Shown here in pieces: positions 49,514 through 61,484 of a stretch of DNA of 64,000 nucleotides. Source of the stretch: Mustelus asterias (Eukaryota); the NCBI RefSeq assembly GCF_964213995.1, contig NC_135827.1, forward strand, positions 3,224,001-3,288,000. Direction: 5' to 3'. The notes beneath the pieces are model-generated. The model saw nothing but the letters and a program-made list of their open reading frames with translations, ran no database searches and had not been told where the DNA came from. Positions within the stretch are counted from its first letter, which is position 1. Every line of letters begins with the position of its first letter. The translations under genes were made by a program, and so were the position numbers.

Positions 49514-50110
49514 AGAACATAGAAACATAGAAAAACTACAGCACAAAACAGGCCCTTTGGCCCCACAAGTTGTGCCGAACATATCCCTACCTTTTAGGCC
49601 AACCTATAACCCTCCATCCTATTAAGTCCCATGTACTCATCCAGGAGTCTCTTAAAAGACCCTATTGAGTTTGCCTCCACCACCACTGACGGCAGCCGAT
49701 TCCACTCGCCCACCACCCTCTGTGTGAAAAACTTCCCCCTAACATTTCCCCTGTACCTACCCCCCAGCACCTTAAAACTGTGTCCTCTTGTAGCAGCCAT
49801 TTCCACCCTGGGAAAAAGCCTCTGAGAGTCCACCCGATCTATGCCTCTCAACATCTTATATACCTCTATTAGATCTCCTCTCATCCTACGTCTCTCCAAG
49901 GAGAAAAGACCGAGCTCCCTCAGCCTATCCTCATAAGGCATGCCACTCAATCCAGGCATAATCCTTGTAAATCTCCTCTGCACCCTTTCAATCTTTTCCA
50001 CATCCTTCCTGTAATGAGGCGACCAGAACTGAGCACAGTACTCCAAGTGGGGTCTGGCGAGGGTCTTATATAGCTGCATCTTTATCCCCGGACTCCTAAA
50101 CTCAATCCCT
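49514..50110 (-). mobile_element. CR1 3' fragment with open RT C-terminus
   Basis: ORF 49594-50130 (LYKTLARPHLEYCAQFWSPH...[12 protein letters not shown]) and a (TTTCTATG)n tail. Confidence 0.92.
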
Positions 50111-50185
50111 GTTGTGGGGAAGATTTGCATTGGGCGGTCAGTGCTTTCAAAAAGAGGATCTCAGTCAGACACCCTCTGTGTTCAA

Positions 50186-51492
50186 GTGAGGAGAGTGTGT
50201 GGAGGGTCAGTGAGGAGAGTGTGTGGAGGGTCAGTGAGGAGTGTGGAGAGTCAGTGAGGAGAGTGTGTGGAGGGTCAGTGAGGAGAGTGTGTGGAGGGTC
50301 AGTGAGGAGTGTGGAGAGTCAGTGAGGAGTGTGGAGAGTCAGTGAGGAGAGTGTGTGGAGGGTCAGTGAGGAGTGTGGAGAGTCAGTGAGGAGAGTGTGT
50401 GGAGGGTCAGTGAGGAGTGTGGAGAGTCAGTGAGGAGAGTGTGTGGAGGGTCAGTGAGGAGTGTGGAGGGTCAGTGAGGAGTGTGGAGAGTCAGTGAGGA
50501 GAGTGTGTGGAGGGTCAGTGAGGAGTGTCGAGGGTCAGTGAGGAGTGTGGAGGGTCAATGAGGAGTGTGGAGGGTCAGTGAGGAGTGTGTGTCGAGGATC
50601 AGTGAGGAGAGTGTGTCGAGGATCAGTGAGGAGAGTGTGTGGAGGGTCAGTGAGGAGTGTGGAGAGTCAGTGAGGAGAGTGTGTGGAGGGTCAGTGAGGA
50701 GAGTGTGTGGAGGGTCAGTGAGGAGAGTGTGTGGAGGGTCAGTGAGGAGAGTGTGTGGAGGGTCAGTGAGGAGTGTGTGTGGAGGGTCAGTGAGGAGAGT
50801 GTGTGGAGGGTCAGTGAGGAGAGTGTGTGGAGGGTCAGTGAGGAGAGTGTGTGGAGGGTCAGTGAGGAGAGTGTGTGGAGGGTCAGTGAGGAGTGTCGAG
50901 GGTCAGTGAGGAGTGTGGAGGGTCAGTGAGGAGTGTGTGTCGAGGATCAGTGAGGAGAGCGTGTCGAGGATCAGTGAGGAGAGTGTGTGGAGGGTGAATG
51001 AGGAGAGTGGAGGGTCAGTGAGGAGTGTCGAGGGTCAGTGAGGAGTGTCGAGGGTCAGTGAGGAGTGTGGAGGGTCAGTGAGGAGTGTGTGTCGAGGATC
51101 AGTGAGGAGAGTGTGTCGAGGATCAGTGAGGAGAGTGTGTGGAGGGTGAATGAGGAGAGTGGAGGGTCAGTGAGGAGTGTCGAGGGTCAGTGAGGAGTGT
51201 CGAGGGTCAGTGAGGAGTGTGGAGGGTCAGTGAGGAGTGTGTGTCGAGGATCAGTGAGGAGAGTGTGTGGAGGGTGAATGAGGAGAGTGGAGAGTCAGTG
51301 AGGAGTGTCGAGGGTCAGTGAGGAGTGTCGAGGGTCAGTGAGGAGTGTCGAGGGTCAGTGAGGAGTGTCGAGGATCAGTGAGGAGAGTGTGTGGAGGGTG
51401 AATGAGGAGAGTGGAGGGTCAGTGAGGAGTGTCGAGGATCAGTGAGGAGAGTGTGTGGAGGGTGAATGAGGAGAGTGGAGGGTCAGTGAGGA
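50186..51492. repeat. Purine-rich minisatellite, 20/24-bp units (GTGAGGAG(AG)TGT(GT)GGAGGGTCA)
   Basis: About 1.3 kb tandem array read directly. Confidence 0.97.
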
Positions 51493-52604
51493 ATGCACCA
51501 GGTTTTCCGACCAAGTTCCTGTTGTTTGCAGCACACAGTGAATAATATTTTGGACATAAGCTGTCAGTACCAAACAAAAAAAAATCAGGAGAGTGAAATA
51601 GGGCCCTTCGATAACCTTTTTAAATGTGTATTTGTAGATTCACGTACAACTGTCTGACCTTTGCAGAGTCAAGGTAACGCGAGCTTCAGCTGAAGCCAAC
51701 TGTGGGGTTTTAAATTTGGATAATCTTGGAATTCACCCTCTGAACACAAGTAAAGGAAACAGAATTGTGTCGAATGCCCATTGTCCAATTACACACAAAA
51801 GATAAAGCAAATGGGACAGAGAGATATCAAAGGGTCAGCACATGTGACGGTTACATTCCCAAAGGCAAAAGACAATGGAGAATGGACTGCTCAGGGGCCT
51901 AGGATCAATCATCTCTCTGTGCTGTATGGTGATGGAGATAAGGTTGGAGGAAGGAAGTCTCCTTGTTCTGTGATGCAGGAGGCTTTGAATGGGCTTTAGG
52001 GTGTGGGCTAGCCTGGGATAAATCTGTATGCACGTCCATTCAGAAAACAAATTGCTCTATTTTCTGCTTTTGACAGTCTGGTATTGCAAAACATCCTCTG
52101 GCATCTGCCCAACCTGAACTCTTAGCACTCGCATCTGGGACAGATTCAATACAAAGCATAATCACACTCGCAGGGACTAAATGTGGTTTTAAACTACAAA
52201 TTGACATAGAGCCAGATATTGTTTCAAAACTATTGCTGTTTCTATTCTAAGCAATGTGGTGCTCAGTCGGACAATTGCAGCTGCTGCCTGATAATATAGT
52301 GCAGCTCAGCCTGCAGAAATCTGTCTAGATCACGTGTTAAACCTCCCTCATAGCTAGAAGTAAGGTGCATTTATACAATGCCAGGGCATTGCAAGGTACT
52401 TCACAAGCTGGAAGTGTTGAATAGCATGCTCACTGCTGTTATGTAGGGAAACAGAGCAGTAAATTCACACACAGCAAGATCCCACAATGAAATGGCATGA
52501 TCTTGCACAGAAGGGTGACCACCAAGTAGATTAATGAATGAACGGTTTATTAAGGTAAGTAACTATGTCGAGAGAGTGATATAAAGGCTGCTGTACTCCA
52601 CAAC

Positions 52605-52746
52605 GTGGAGATGCCGGGTGTTGGACTGGGGTAAGCACAGTAAGAAGTCTCACAACACCAGGTTAAAGTCCAACAGGTTTATTAACCTGTTTAACCAGGT
52701 TTAATAAACCTGTTGGACTTTAACCTGGTGCTGTGAGATTTCTTAC
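52605..52746. mobile_element. Palindromic mini-Penelope insertion in the Gypsy LTR
   Basis: Inverted PLE-terminus arms. TSD TGTACTCCACAAC at 52592-52604 and 52747-52759. Confidence 0.88.
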
Positions 52747-53863
52747 TGTACTCCACAACTCCAGACTCCCAACAGCAAGGAAAATCCACGCTCTGATCTG
52801 ATTGGCCAAATGTGTCACACGACCATCTGAGAACTTTCACCTTAAAGGGGCATGCCACCACATCCCTCCTTCTTTAAGTTCATGATTAATACATTTCAAA
52901 ACAATTGAACTACTTACAATATTGTACAAAAATGGATCTCAAGCACAGTCCGTTATAAGGTAAGTCAGTCCGGGGACTTCCTGATCCTTTGGGAGTAATT
53001 CACTAGCAGGAGATCTGGCAGTGGACGTGGCTTTGGTTTGAACCTCCATGGGTGGTCTGATTTGTGAAGGTGCGTCAGTGTAGATAACTTTTCCAGTTCC
53101 CACTGGAACATTCGGGTTCTTCCTCAGGCTAGCTTTGCTGCTGTATTACTTTCATCTGAAGCTATTATCACTGACAGCCACACTAGGGACAGACTGCCCC
53201 ACTGGCTCTGTCTGTGATTCTCTCCTGTTCAAATGGTGCGGGGGTCTCGTTACCCTTTTTCCTCAGGCATTTATTTCACACAACACTGGGCCTGTATTGG
53301 CTATGATTGTTCCAGGGATCCAGTTGGGGCCAGAACCATAATTGTTTCCATACACTATGTTGCTCACCTCAAGTGCCCTCTCTGTTTTGTCGGGTTGTAA
53401 TGCTGCGTGTTCTGTTTTTCCTCCAGCCTCCCCACCAAATTTGGAAATACAAAATCCAACCTTCTGCGAACTGATTTGCCCATTAATAACTCGGAAAGTG
53501 TAACACCAGTAATGGCGTGAGTTGTTGTATGGGCAATCAGGAATCAGGCCAGGTTGGCTTGCGGGAGAGGCTGATGATTGCTTTTTTCATGGCAGCTTTG
53601 AATGTTTGGGTGGCTCTCTCAGCCAGTCCATTCGAAGCAGGGTCGGAGGATGGAGTTCATATACGTTGAACACCGTTGATTCTCATGAAATGCTGAAACT
53701 CTTCACTAGTGAAAGCAGTGCTGCTATCGGACACTCGCACCTCAGGCAAGCCATGGGTAGTTACTGTCTGTCACAACTTCTCAGCTGTTGCTGACAAGGC
53801 TGTGGACTTCATTTTGTGTGAGTCCAAACATTTGGAGTGCGTATCCATTATGAGCAGGAACGT

Positions 53864-53994
53864 GGGGCAGAATTCTCCGGCTGCGCGCTGGTCTAAAAGC
53901 TGGAAATTCCTGCCCGACTGTCAATGGGGTTTCACATTGTCCACAACCCGCCCGCTACGACTCCAGTGGCAGGCGGGATGGGAGAATTCCAGCC
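53864..53994. mobile_element. PIF/Harbinger-like MITE in the Gypsy integrase
   Basis: Ends GGGCAGAATTCTCC...GGAGAATTCCAGCC with 3-bp flanks GTG/ATG. Removing it restores the integrase frame. Confidence 0.75.
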
Positions 53995-54123
53995 ATGGTG
54001 CCCATGAATTGGCCCACAAAATTTGCCTCACTACTTATTAGTAATCCAGCTCCATGACTTTTAGCTTTATGCCTTTTGACAAAGGTCATCTGGACTCGAA
54101 ACATCAGTTCTTTTCTCTGGTAG

Positions 54124-54362
54124 TCATGATGTGGAGATGCCGGCGTTGGACTGGGGTAAACACAGTAAGAAGTTTAACAACACCAGGTTAAAGTCCAACA
54201 GGTTTATTTGGTAGCAAAAGCCACACAAGCTTTCGGAGCTGCAAGCCCCTTCTTCAGGTGAGTGGGAATTCTGTTCACAAACAGAGCATATAAAGACACA
54301 GACTCAATTTACATGAATAATGGTTGGAATGCGAATACTTACAACTAATCAAGTCTTTAAGA
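54124..54362 (-). mobile_element. Penelope 3' terminal repeat with extension
   Basis: Homologous to 9557-9750 and 27256-27404. Confidence 0.88.
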
Positions 54363-54462
54363 ACATGCTGTTTTGTTTCTGGTACAGATTACTCTTCCCT
54401 GCAGGGCAATAGAGCGGGAGAGATGGCTGTGGCTGGTAGTGTACCAGTGATGGTGTATCCCT

Positions 54463-54617
54463 TTACAGGCCCAGCTTGGTCCTTCTCCAGTGTCTCCTCT
54501 TGGACTTGTACTGATCTTGTAGCCGGTTTTCATGCGGATCCACTGTGGAATCGGCCGGTTCTGCTTCATTTTCGTAGCGAGGAATCGCTTCATCCTGAAG
54601 GTTTTGTGGGATGGCAT
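54463..54617 (-). pseudogene. RPL39: Processed pseudogene of 60S ribosomal protein L39
   Basis: Intronless [35 protein letters not shown], frameshift, then [15 protein letters not shown]. It spans 155 bp instead of 156 because of a 1-bp deletion at ~54510. Confidence 0.95.
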
Positions 54618-54667
54618 GGCCGCACGTCCACTCCGGCAGGAGGGATCGGCCACAGACAGGCAGCGGA

Positions 54668-54952
54668 ACCCCCCCCGACCAGAGGATGAGACGTCGCATC
54701 ACACCCCCTCTCCTCCCCCCCGCCCCCGGGGATGATTGGTCACACCCACTCCCCTCCCACCGCCCCCCCCCCCCCTCAGAGGATGAGGCATCACACCCCC
54801 TCCCACCCACCACCCCCCCCCCCCCCCAGAGGATGAGATGTCACACCCCTCCCCTCCCACCGCTCCCCCCAGAGGTTGATACATCACACCCCCTCTCCTC
54901 CTACCCCCTCTCCTCCCACCCGCCCCCCCTCCCCCCCCCGACCAGAGGATGA
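54668..54952. repeat. C-rich tandem repeat, ~50-70-bp unit (CAGAGGATGA...CATCACACCCCCTC...Cn)
   Basis: About five degenerate units read directly. Confidence 0.8.
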
Positions 54953-55304
54953 CCTGGGTCAGAGAGCCGTTGCAGTCTCTGACCCCGCTCTTCGGAGGCT
55001 GCAGCGGTGACTTCAGATTTTTATTCGGCAGGTCGATTACAGGATCGGGCCAGAAGACGGTAAAGTGGGATTTGGCGGCAGAGTTGGGGCGCGCGGTTCA
55101 TTAAGTCGATTTAAATGCATGCTAATGCATTTAAATCGCCGGGCTGCCCAATTCGGGCGCGGGCTGGACTCGCGCCCGAATCGGGTGTCGGTAAAGCCGC
55201 GATCTGCTCGGATTCGGGTGCAGATCGCGTTAAAGGCCCGACGCCCAACTTTACCGCAATTTTGCGCCCGTTTTCAGGCACGGAGTTTTGGTAAAATCAA
55301 GCCC
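54953..55304. mobile_element. CpG-rich MITE-like DNA element (right part)
   Basis: Ends GGTAAAATCAAGCCC and contains the palindrome CGATTTAAATGCAT-GCTA-ATGCATTTAAATCG. Confidence 0.55.
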
Positions 55305-55319
55305 TATGTGTCGTTCTGA

Positions 55320-57190
55320 TTAAACTTTGTGATGCTCCATCCAAGGTCAATCCTTCCAAAGAGGGGTTGCTGTCATCAGCAAATTTCTCTGGGTGGCTTT
55401 CTATCGCATCATCTGAGTTCTTCATAAATACAGTGAGGATTTGAAGTTTCAACACAGATGCTCGTGGGGCCAGCACTAACCATATCCTGCCAATCAGAAT
55501 ACCAGGCCATTATCCCTACTCTTAGTGTCCTATGGCTCAGCTAGTTTCCTAAACAGGCCAATCATTTGCCTTCAATTCCATGGGCTTTAGCTTTAGCAAG
55601 CTGCGTCTTATGAGGTATTTTCCCAAATACCATCTGGAAATCTATGTAAGTAATGCTCATATCCTGTGGTCCACTATTTGAGTCAATTCTTCAAAGAAAC
55701 ATTCAGGTTTATCAGACATGACCTACTCTTTCCAAATCCATTCTGCCTATCCCAGCTGAAAACATTCAAGTTCTTCAGTCATCCTATCATTAGTTATGCA
55801 CTCTCGCACTTTCCCAATTGTTAGACAGACTGGTCTTTTATTCCCTTGTTTGCCTCTGACATCTCTCTTAAATATCAGAGTGACATGTACAATCTATCAA
55901 TCTAAAGAAACAGTTCCTGAGTAGAGAAAACTTTGGAAGATTAGAGTTAATGCATCTATAATGTTCTCACTGACTCCCTTTAAATCCTACGGATGAAAAC
56001 CCTCTGATCCTGAGGAGTTGTCACTCTTTAGTGCCATTATTTTCTTCGTTAGTATTTGATTGTTTATTGCCCAACGGCAAGAGGAGGTCGGAAAAGGAGC
56101 CCGAGAAATGAATATCAGTGATCCTGAGTCCAAGGACGAATCCAACCTTCCCGAAGCACCAGCCAAATGTGCAGACCCACAGAACCCATGATTCTTGATT
56201 AATAAGGGGATCAGGGGTTATGGGGAAAAGGCAGGAGAATGGGGATGAGAAACGTAGCAGCCATGATTGAATGGTGGAGCAGACTCGATGGGCCGAGTGG
56301 CCTAATTCTACTCCTATGTTTTATGGTCTTATCATAGGAACCCTACAGTGCAGAAGGAGGCCATTCGGCCCATCGAGTCTGCACCGACCACAATCCCACC
56401 CAGGCCCTACCCCTATATATTTACCCACTAATCCCTCTAACCTACGCATCTTAGGGTTCTAAGGGGCAATTTTTAACCTGGCCAATCAACCTAACCCGCA
56501 CATCTTTGGACTGTGGGAGGAAACCGGAGCACCCGGAGGAAACCCACGCAGACACGAGGAGAATGTGCAAACTCCACACAGACAGTGACCCGAGCCGGGA
56601 ATCGAACCCGGGACCCTGGAGCTGTGAAGCAGCAGTGCTAACCACTGCGCTACCATGCTGCCCCGCCCCGTTATGGTCTAACCCATGACCTGTGACACAG
56701 AGTTCCTTAGCTGGACAATCATACCCGTTAGTGAGTGATCACCAAGGAAGAAGAAGAAGAAGATTGTTTATCTGTTAATTTTGACAAGTTTCTGCCCCAA
56801 TTCTAACTTAGTTCCTTTGGCATTGCTCTTATTCAGCAAATGCACCATTTTCTTTGTTGATGATATATTACTTTATCAGCCTAAGAGGCCTACATTCCTC
56901 CAGACCATTCTTTTCCTAATATACTTGTAAAAATCAGTGTTGATTGTTATATCCCTCACATGTCTCGTTTCATACTCCCTTCTGTAACTTTTGCTAGCTG
57001 TTTTGTCATCTGTTGTTGTTCCTTTGCTCCTTCGTATTCACTAGGATCTCCGCTATTTTTCTCTATCTTCACATATTCTTTTATTTCATTTACATATTGT
57101 TCCTTATCTCTTTAGTTATCCATAGTAATCTCTTTACCTTGTTGAACTCTTGCCCCTGAGTGATATAAACTTGCTCTGTATGATTTATTT
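55320..57190 (-). mobile_element. Very old CR1 remnant interrupted by younger repeats
   Basis: Degenerate RT motifs at 55320-56050 (KFADD-like at ~55370-55385; SSGSEGFHP.) and inter-domain remnants at 56740-57190. Confidence 0.5.
56332..56666 (-). mobile_element. HE1-type V-SINE, tail-to-tail with a CR1 3' end (56195-56331, +)
   Basis: Full SINE adjacent to a CR1 3' UTR. Confidence 0.88.
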
Positions 57191-57200
57191 GAACCTTATT

Positions 57201-57530
57201 GGGGTAGCACAGTGGTTAGCACTGCTGCCTCACCACGCCAGGGACCCAGGTTGATTCCCAACTTGGGTCACTGTCTGTGTGGAGTTTGCATGTTCTCCCC
57301 GTGTCTGCATGGGTTTCCTCCGGGTGCTCCGGTTTCCTCCCACAATCCAAAGATAAGCTTGTTAAAGTGGATTGTCCATGTTAAGTTGACCCTTAGTGTC
57401 AGGGGGACTAGTTAGGGTAAATGCAATGGGGTTATGAGGATAGGGCCTGAGTGGGATTGTAGTCGGTGCAGACTCGATGGGCCAAATGGCCTCCTTCTGC
57501 ACTGTAAGGATTCTACGATATTCCATGATT
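57201..57530 (+). mobile_element. HE1-type V-SINE
   Basis: Head, V-domain and tail. Confidence 0.85.
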
Positions 57531-57757
57531 ATTTGAACAGCTCTGACAGATCCTCAATCATTTAACCATTAACATGTTTGTGCAGATTCTGTGGACAGTA
57601 TCTGCCACAGTGGATTTAAGTTTTAGCTTCATCTAAATTTCAAATCACAGTCACTGATTCATGTTTCTCCATTTGAAACATGGCATTGCGTTTGATAATA
57701 TTATGGTCATTGTAATTTGAATATTCACTATGAAAGCTGTGAACTGAATTTGCCTCA

Positions 57758-57938
57758 TTAGAATCATAGAATCCTTACAGCGCAGAAGGAAGCCATTCGG
57801 CCCATCGAGTCTGCACCAACCACAATCCCACCCAGGCCCTATCCCCATAACCCCATGCATTTACCCTAGCTAGCCCCCCTGAAACTAAGGGGCAATTTAG
57901 CATGGCCAATACACCTAACCCGCACATCTTTGGACTGT
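57758..57938 (-). mobile_element. HE1-type SINE 3' half
   Basis: Tail and 3' body only. Confidence 0.8.
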
Positions 57939-59699
57939 GCCCACTCCCCAGGCTGGCAGGCAAGGCAAAAGCCACTTAACAGTCTTCCCTGTTTCACCAT
58001 CGGCGGGGTGCTCTAAGTTGAAACGGTGGAGGGGTGGGGGGTTCCTCCTAATCATACACCTTGCCTAATGCAGCAACTCCTCCCAGCCACACCACCGTTC
58101 ATCCCACCCCCCTGCATTTTCCCTCCCACATTTTCTCACCCAGGCTGCCCTTTTAAATGTGCCCTCCACCACCTTCCCTCGCCAGAGTGGCCCCAGAAAC
58201 ATCACACACTCACCAGCTTCTAATCCACGCTCAATGGCTCTTCAGTGTGGGGGACTGCCTGTAGGAAGTGCCAGGAAGTAACCATTGCTCCCAATGCACT
58301 GCCGGGACCAGAGAACCTTCCTTCCGTTTCAGTTCTCAGAGTTGGGACATCCTCCCAGATGTGGAGTGAAGTCCTGCCCTGAGTCAAATAAAGACTCAGT
58401 GACCATCAAATCAGCTCAGGGTGACCTGACCAAGTGGAGGTGGGGATGCCCTTACATTTTAAACCCAGAGGCAGGACATCACCTCCACCTAAATGCCATC
58501 CCCTTGTGGCAGAAATCTAACTTAGACACACGCAAGAGATTTATTGACTTCCTCGTTTGTGTGAGTCTGCTTGTCCAAAGCGAAATACAAGTTCAAATCC
58601 TCCATTTAAACTATGCATTTGCTGCATGCTTCTCTAATCTCTGTGATTGTACAATCTACCACTTCACACTGCCTCCCTGAGCGTCTGCTCACAATTCTCA
58701 CTGCAGTTTTAAACCCTTTTCTTTTTTTATATTTTTTATATTCTACCCATAAGTTCTCTGCTATTTGCTTCCCATTTATTATAGTATCTCTGACCATTGA
58801 GGAGTTTTCATATTCAATCACTGAAACTGCTCAACCAATTCCCCAGTATCCCTACTGGACCTTATTACCTGGTGCACTTAGCTCCCATGTCAGAATGTCT
58901 TACAGACATGTATTAGTAATGACCACCATGTCATACACTCACAGTTGAATGTGCATCTACCATTCATTCAATTTGTCACTTATATTCTGCACATTTCTAT
59001 GGCGAATGTTTAACACACTGTTATTAACCCCATTGATGTTCAATGCAAACACATTCCAAATCCCAAAAGAGAAACTTAGAACATCAGCCCTTAACTATTA
59101 ATTTTTGTGATTTGGAAAAAAAAGTGTGAGGAAAGAGATGAAACCCGGTGAGGAAAGGATTCAATCATGTTGTAAATTATTTAAATAACTTATTAAAGAC
59201 AGAAGAAAGGTAAAGTAAAGAACAACATTTACAATTATAGACAAAATGCTTACCCAGACAGTATACTTAAATTACTTCTAATCTAAATCTATCTACTTCC
59301 CTAAACTCTGAGAATACACCTTATCCAAAACAACGTCCCATAGGTTTTCACCCTATGAGCCAAATTCAGTAAATAATTACCACACAGGACCTGTAACCTC
59401 CTTTTGTGAACGTTTCTTCTGGTTTAGGGTAGAACGTATGGGGTCTGACACAAACAGACTTCTGGTACTTTTTCAAATGACATAACGGCTTGATTTTCTG
59501 AGAGAGCTGTGCTTTGTAACTGGGCATGGTTGTAATCTCGGTCCCTAGATGGCTATTCTCCATTTTGCTCAATAAAGTATCTGTCTCCCCCTGCTACTTG
59601 GCTAATCTGCATTGCACAAGTCCTCAGTGCAGCTAAATCCATATCAGTTTCTTTTTTACCCAATTCTTTACCTTTTCACCCAATTCTTTACCTTTTCTT

Positions 59700-60145
59700 T
59701 ATCTTTAACCCTCCCCCATTTATTAGTTTAAAGTCCAGTGAACGCTCTATTTATCTTTTCCATCTCTGGTCCAAGCGCAGTACAGGTTGAGCCAATCCCA
59801 ACAGTGCAAACTCTATCCTGTCCCAGGATTGGTACCATTGCCCCCCATGAAATGCAGCTTTTCTCTCCTTTGCCACTCCTTCAGGCACGTATTCAGCCCC
59901 CTGGTCTGTTTGCCCTCCATCCATTTGCGTGGGACCTGTCGAATGATCCAGAGATTATTGTGCTTCATGTCCCGTGCTTTAGTTTATCTCCTCATTCCTG
60001 GCACCCTCCAAACTGGACCTCTTCCTTAAAGTTTCCAGTGTTGCTAGTCCCCAAAAAGGACACAACAAGTGGATCTTCTCACTCCCATTCCAAGTTCTTT
60101 TCCCGTCGCGAGATGTCTGGAATCCTGATAATGGGCTGGTAAAAC
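59700..60145 (-). mobile_element. CR1 ORF1 (SGNH esterase) remnant
   Basis: Minus strand reads EKNLEWE*EDPLVVSFLGTSN, IISGSF, LNTCLKEW and LNLYCAWT-like remnants, then ...GLN* as at 11850. Confidence 0.65.
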
Positions 60146-61484
60146 AACCTCTAAGCTCCCAGAGAGAATTCCCTTCACCTTCTTAGCTCAATAGTTCTTC
60201 AGGAAAAATACGTGTGGAAATTAACCATGAAAACCAAGGGGCTCGAAGGAGCATTGAAGGATCATTAGTGTGGAGTTGTTAGGAGATCCAGTGATCAAAG
60301 TTGTGGGAGATATTGAGATCAATTGGACCAAATGCCAGATGAGTGAATCCACACATCTGTGAATAGCTACAAGATTCAAAGTATTATTGGGCTCCCAAGA
60401 TCCCCCAAGCATGTCCAGTGCAGGCTATGTGAAACTAGGAAGATACTCCAAATGTCATTCCCCAACTTCAGTATTCAATATTTCTGTACACTTCAGGCTT
60501 AACGAGGCCTCACTTTCACCAGTTTTGACTCTCACTGATAATATATGCCTTCATTTATCTACCTCTTGGTTTTCCTTTCCCTATATTTTTCTTCAAGTGC
60601 TGCGAATGTTTCACAACATTCCTGGGTTAGATATTGATGTTAAGAGTGAGTTTAACGCCCAGACAGGTGGCTGGTCACAAGGAATAAATATTAACTGATT
60701 TTCCTACATCAGGGTTCCCTGTGATTATCGGACGATGGGATGATTCCCTCTGCAGTCCATTTGCCCATCTAATGCCCAATCCAAATGATGTCATGTTCCG
60801 GTCGCTCTACCCTTCCAGGTTCTCTCCATCCTCCAGAGATCCATCTGCTTTCAAAAGTTAGATCCCTCTGCCCACCTCTGTGCTTCCTCCCACCCTCCAC
60901 TCCCAGCTGCTTTAGATGCCTCTGCCCAATTTCAAACAACATTTGACCACAATTGCGGAATTCCTTGTCAACAGCTAAGTTGAGAGTGGATAATGATGTT
61001 CCGCACATGCTCTGCAAGTTGGAATGCGGTGTAATATCATCCAGTTACCTCCACATCACAACCATCTACAGCCTCAGCCAAGAAGCCACATGCGACACTG
61101 AATGAAATAACAACAGCTGAGGAACAGGTGGCAGGACATGGCCAGGCTTGGGTCCCTTCACATGCTGCATTTGTTAATTATTTGAATATATTAACCATTA
61201 CTTCCCTTGACTGTTTTGGTTTAGTTTATGAAGCCTTATAAACTCAAATTCTATTTGAAAAGTGTATGCATACTGACAGGAAGTTCAAAGAGTGGTGATT
61301 GATGTATAATTTCCAATGGAACAATTAGTTTGCAGTAAAATGCCAGCCAGCTGCTGTACGGCTGTAAATTGTTACAATTTCTCTGGGTTTAATCGGCTGA
61401 CTCTGCTTCAGATTATCATAGTTACTGAAGGGCTGCTGCCAGGAATTGGATTGCAAGCCATTGAAGTAAATTTTCCACTCTCAC

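Larger units (their letters stand above)
52495..54030 (-). mobile_element. Gypsy/Ty3 LTR retrotransposon 3' remnant (integrase, PPT and 3' LTR)
   Basis: Minus strand reads FVGQFMGT.FLLIMDTHSK, HGLPEVRVSDSSTAFTSEEF, PASNGLAERATQTFK and GPNWIPGTIIANTGPV. The PPT AAAGAAGGAGGGA abuts the LTR start TGTGG at 52862. Confidence 0.85.

Noticed and set aside
50186-51492. CRISPR-like array, or the repetitive ORFs (VWRVSEES)n
   Set aside because: Units are contiguous with no unique spacers, no cas genes are present and the context is eukaryotic. The ORFs are by-products of the tandem repeat.
54357-54653. Functional RPL39 gene or a novel 98-aa extended protein
   Set aside because: It is intronless, has a 1-bp deletion and several substitutions at conserved residues, and is embedded in repeats. 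The extension is frameshift read-through.
59660-59698. 20-bp tandem duplication CCCAATTCTTTACCTTTTC
   Set aside because: Ordinary slippage duplication next to an old CR1 remnant.
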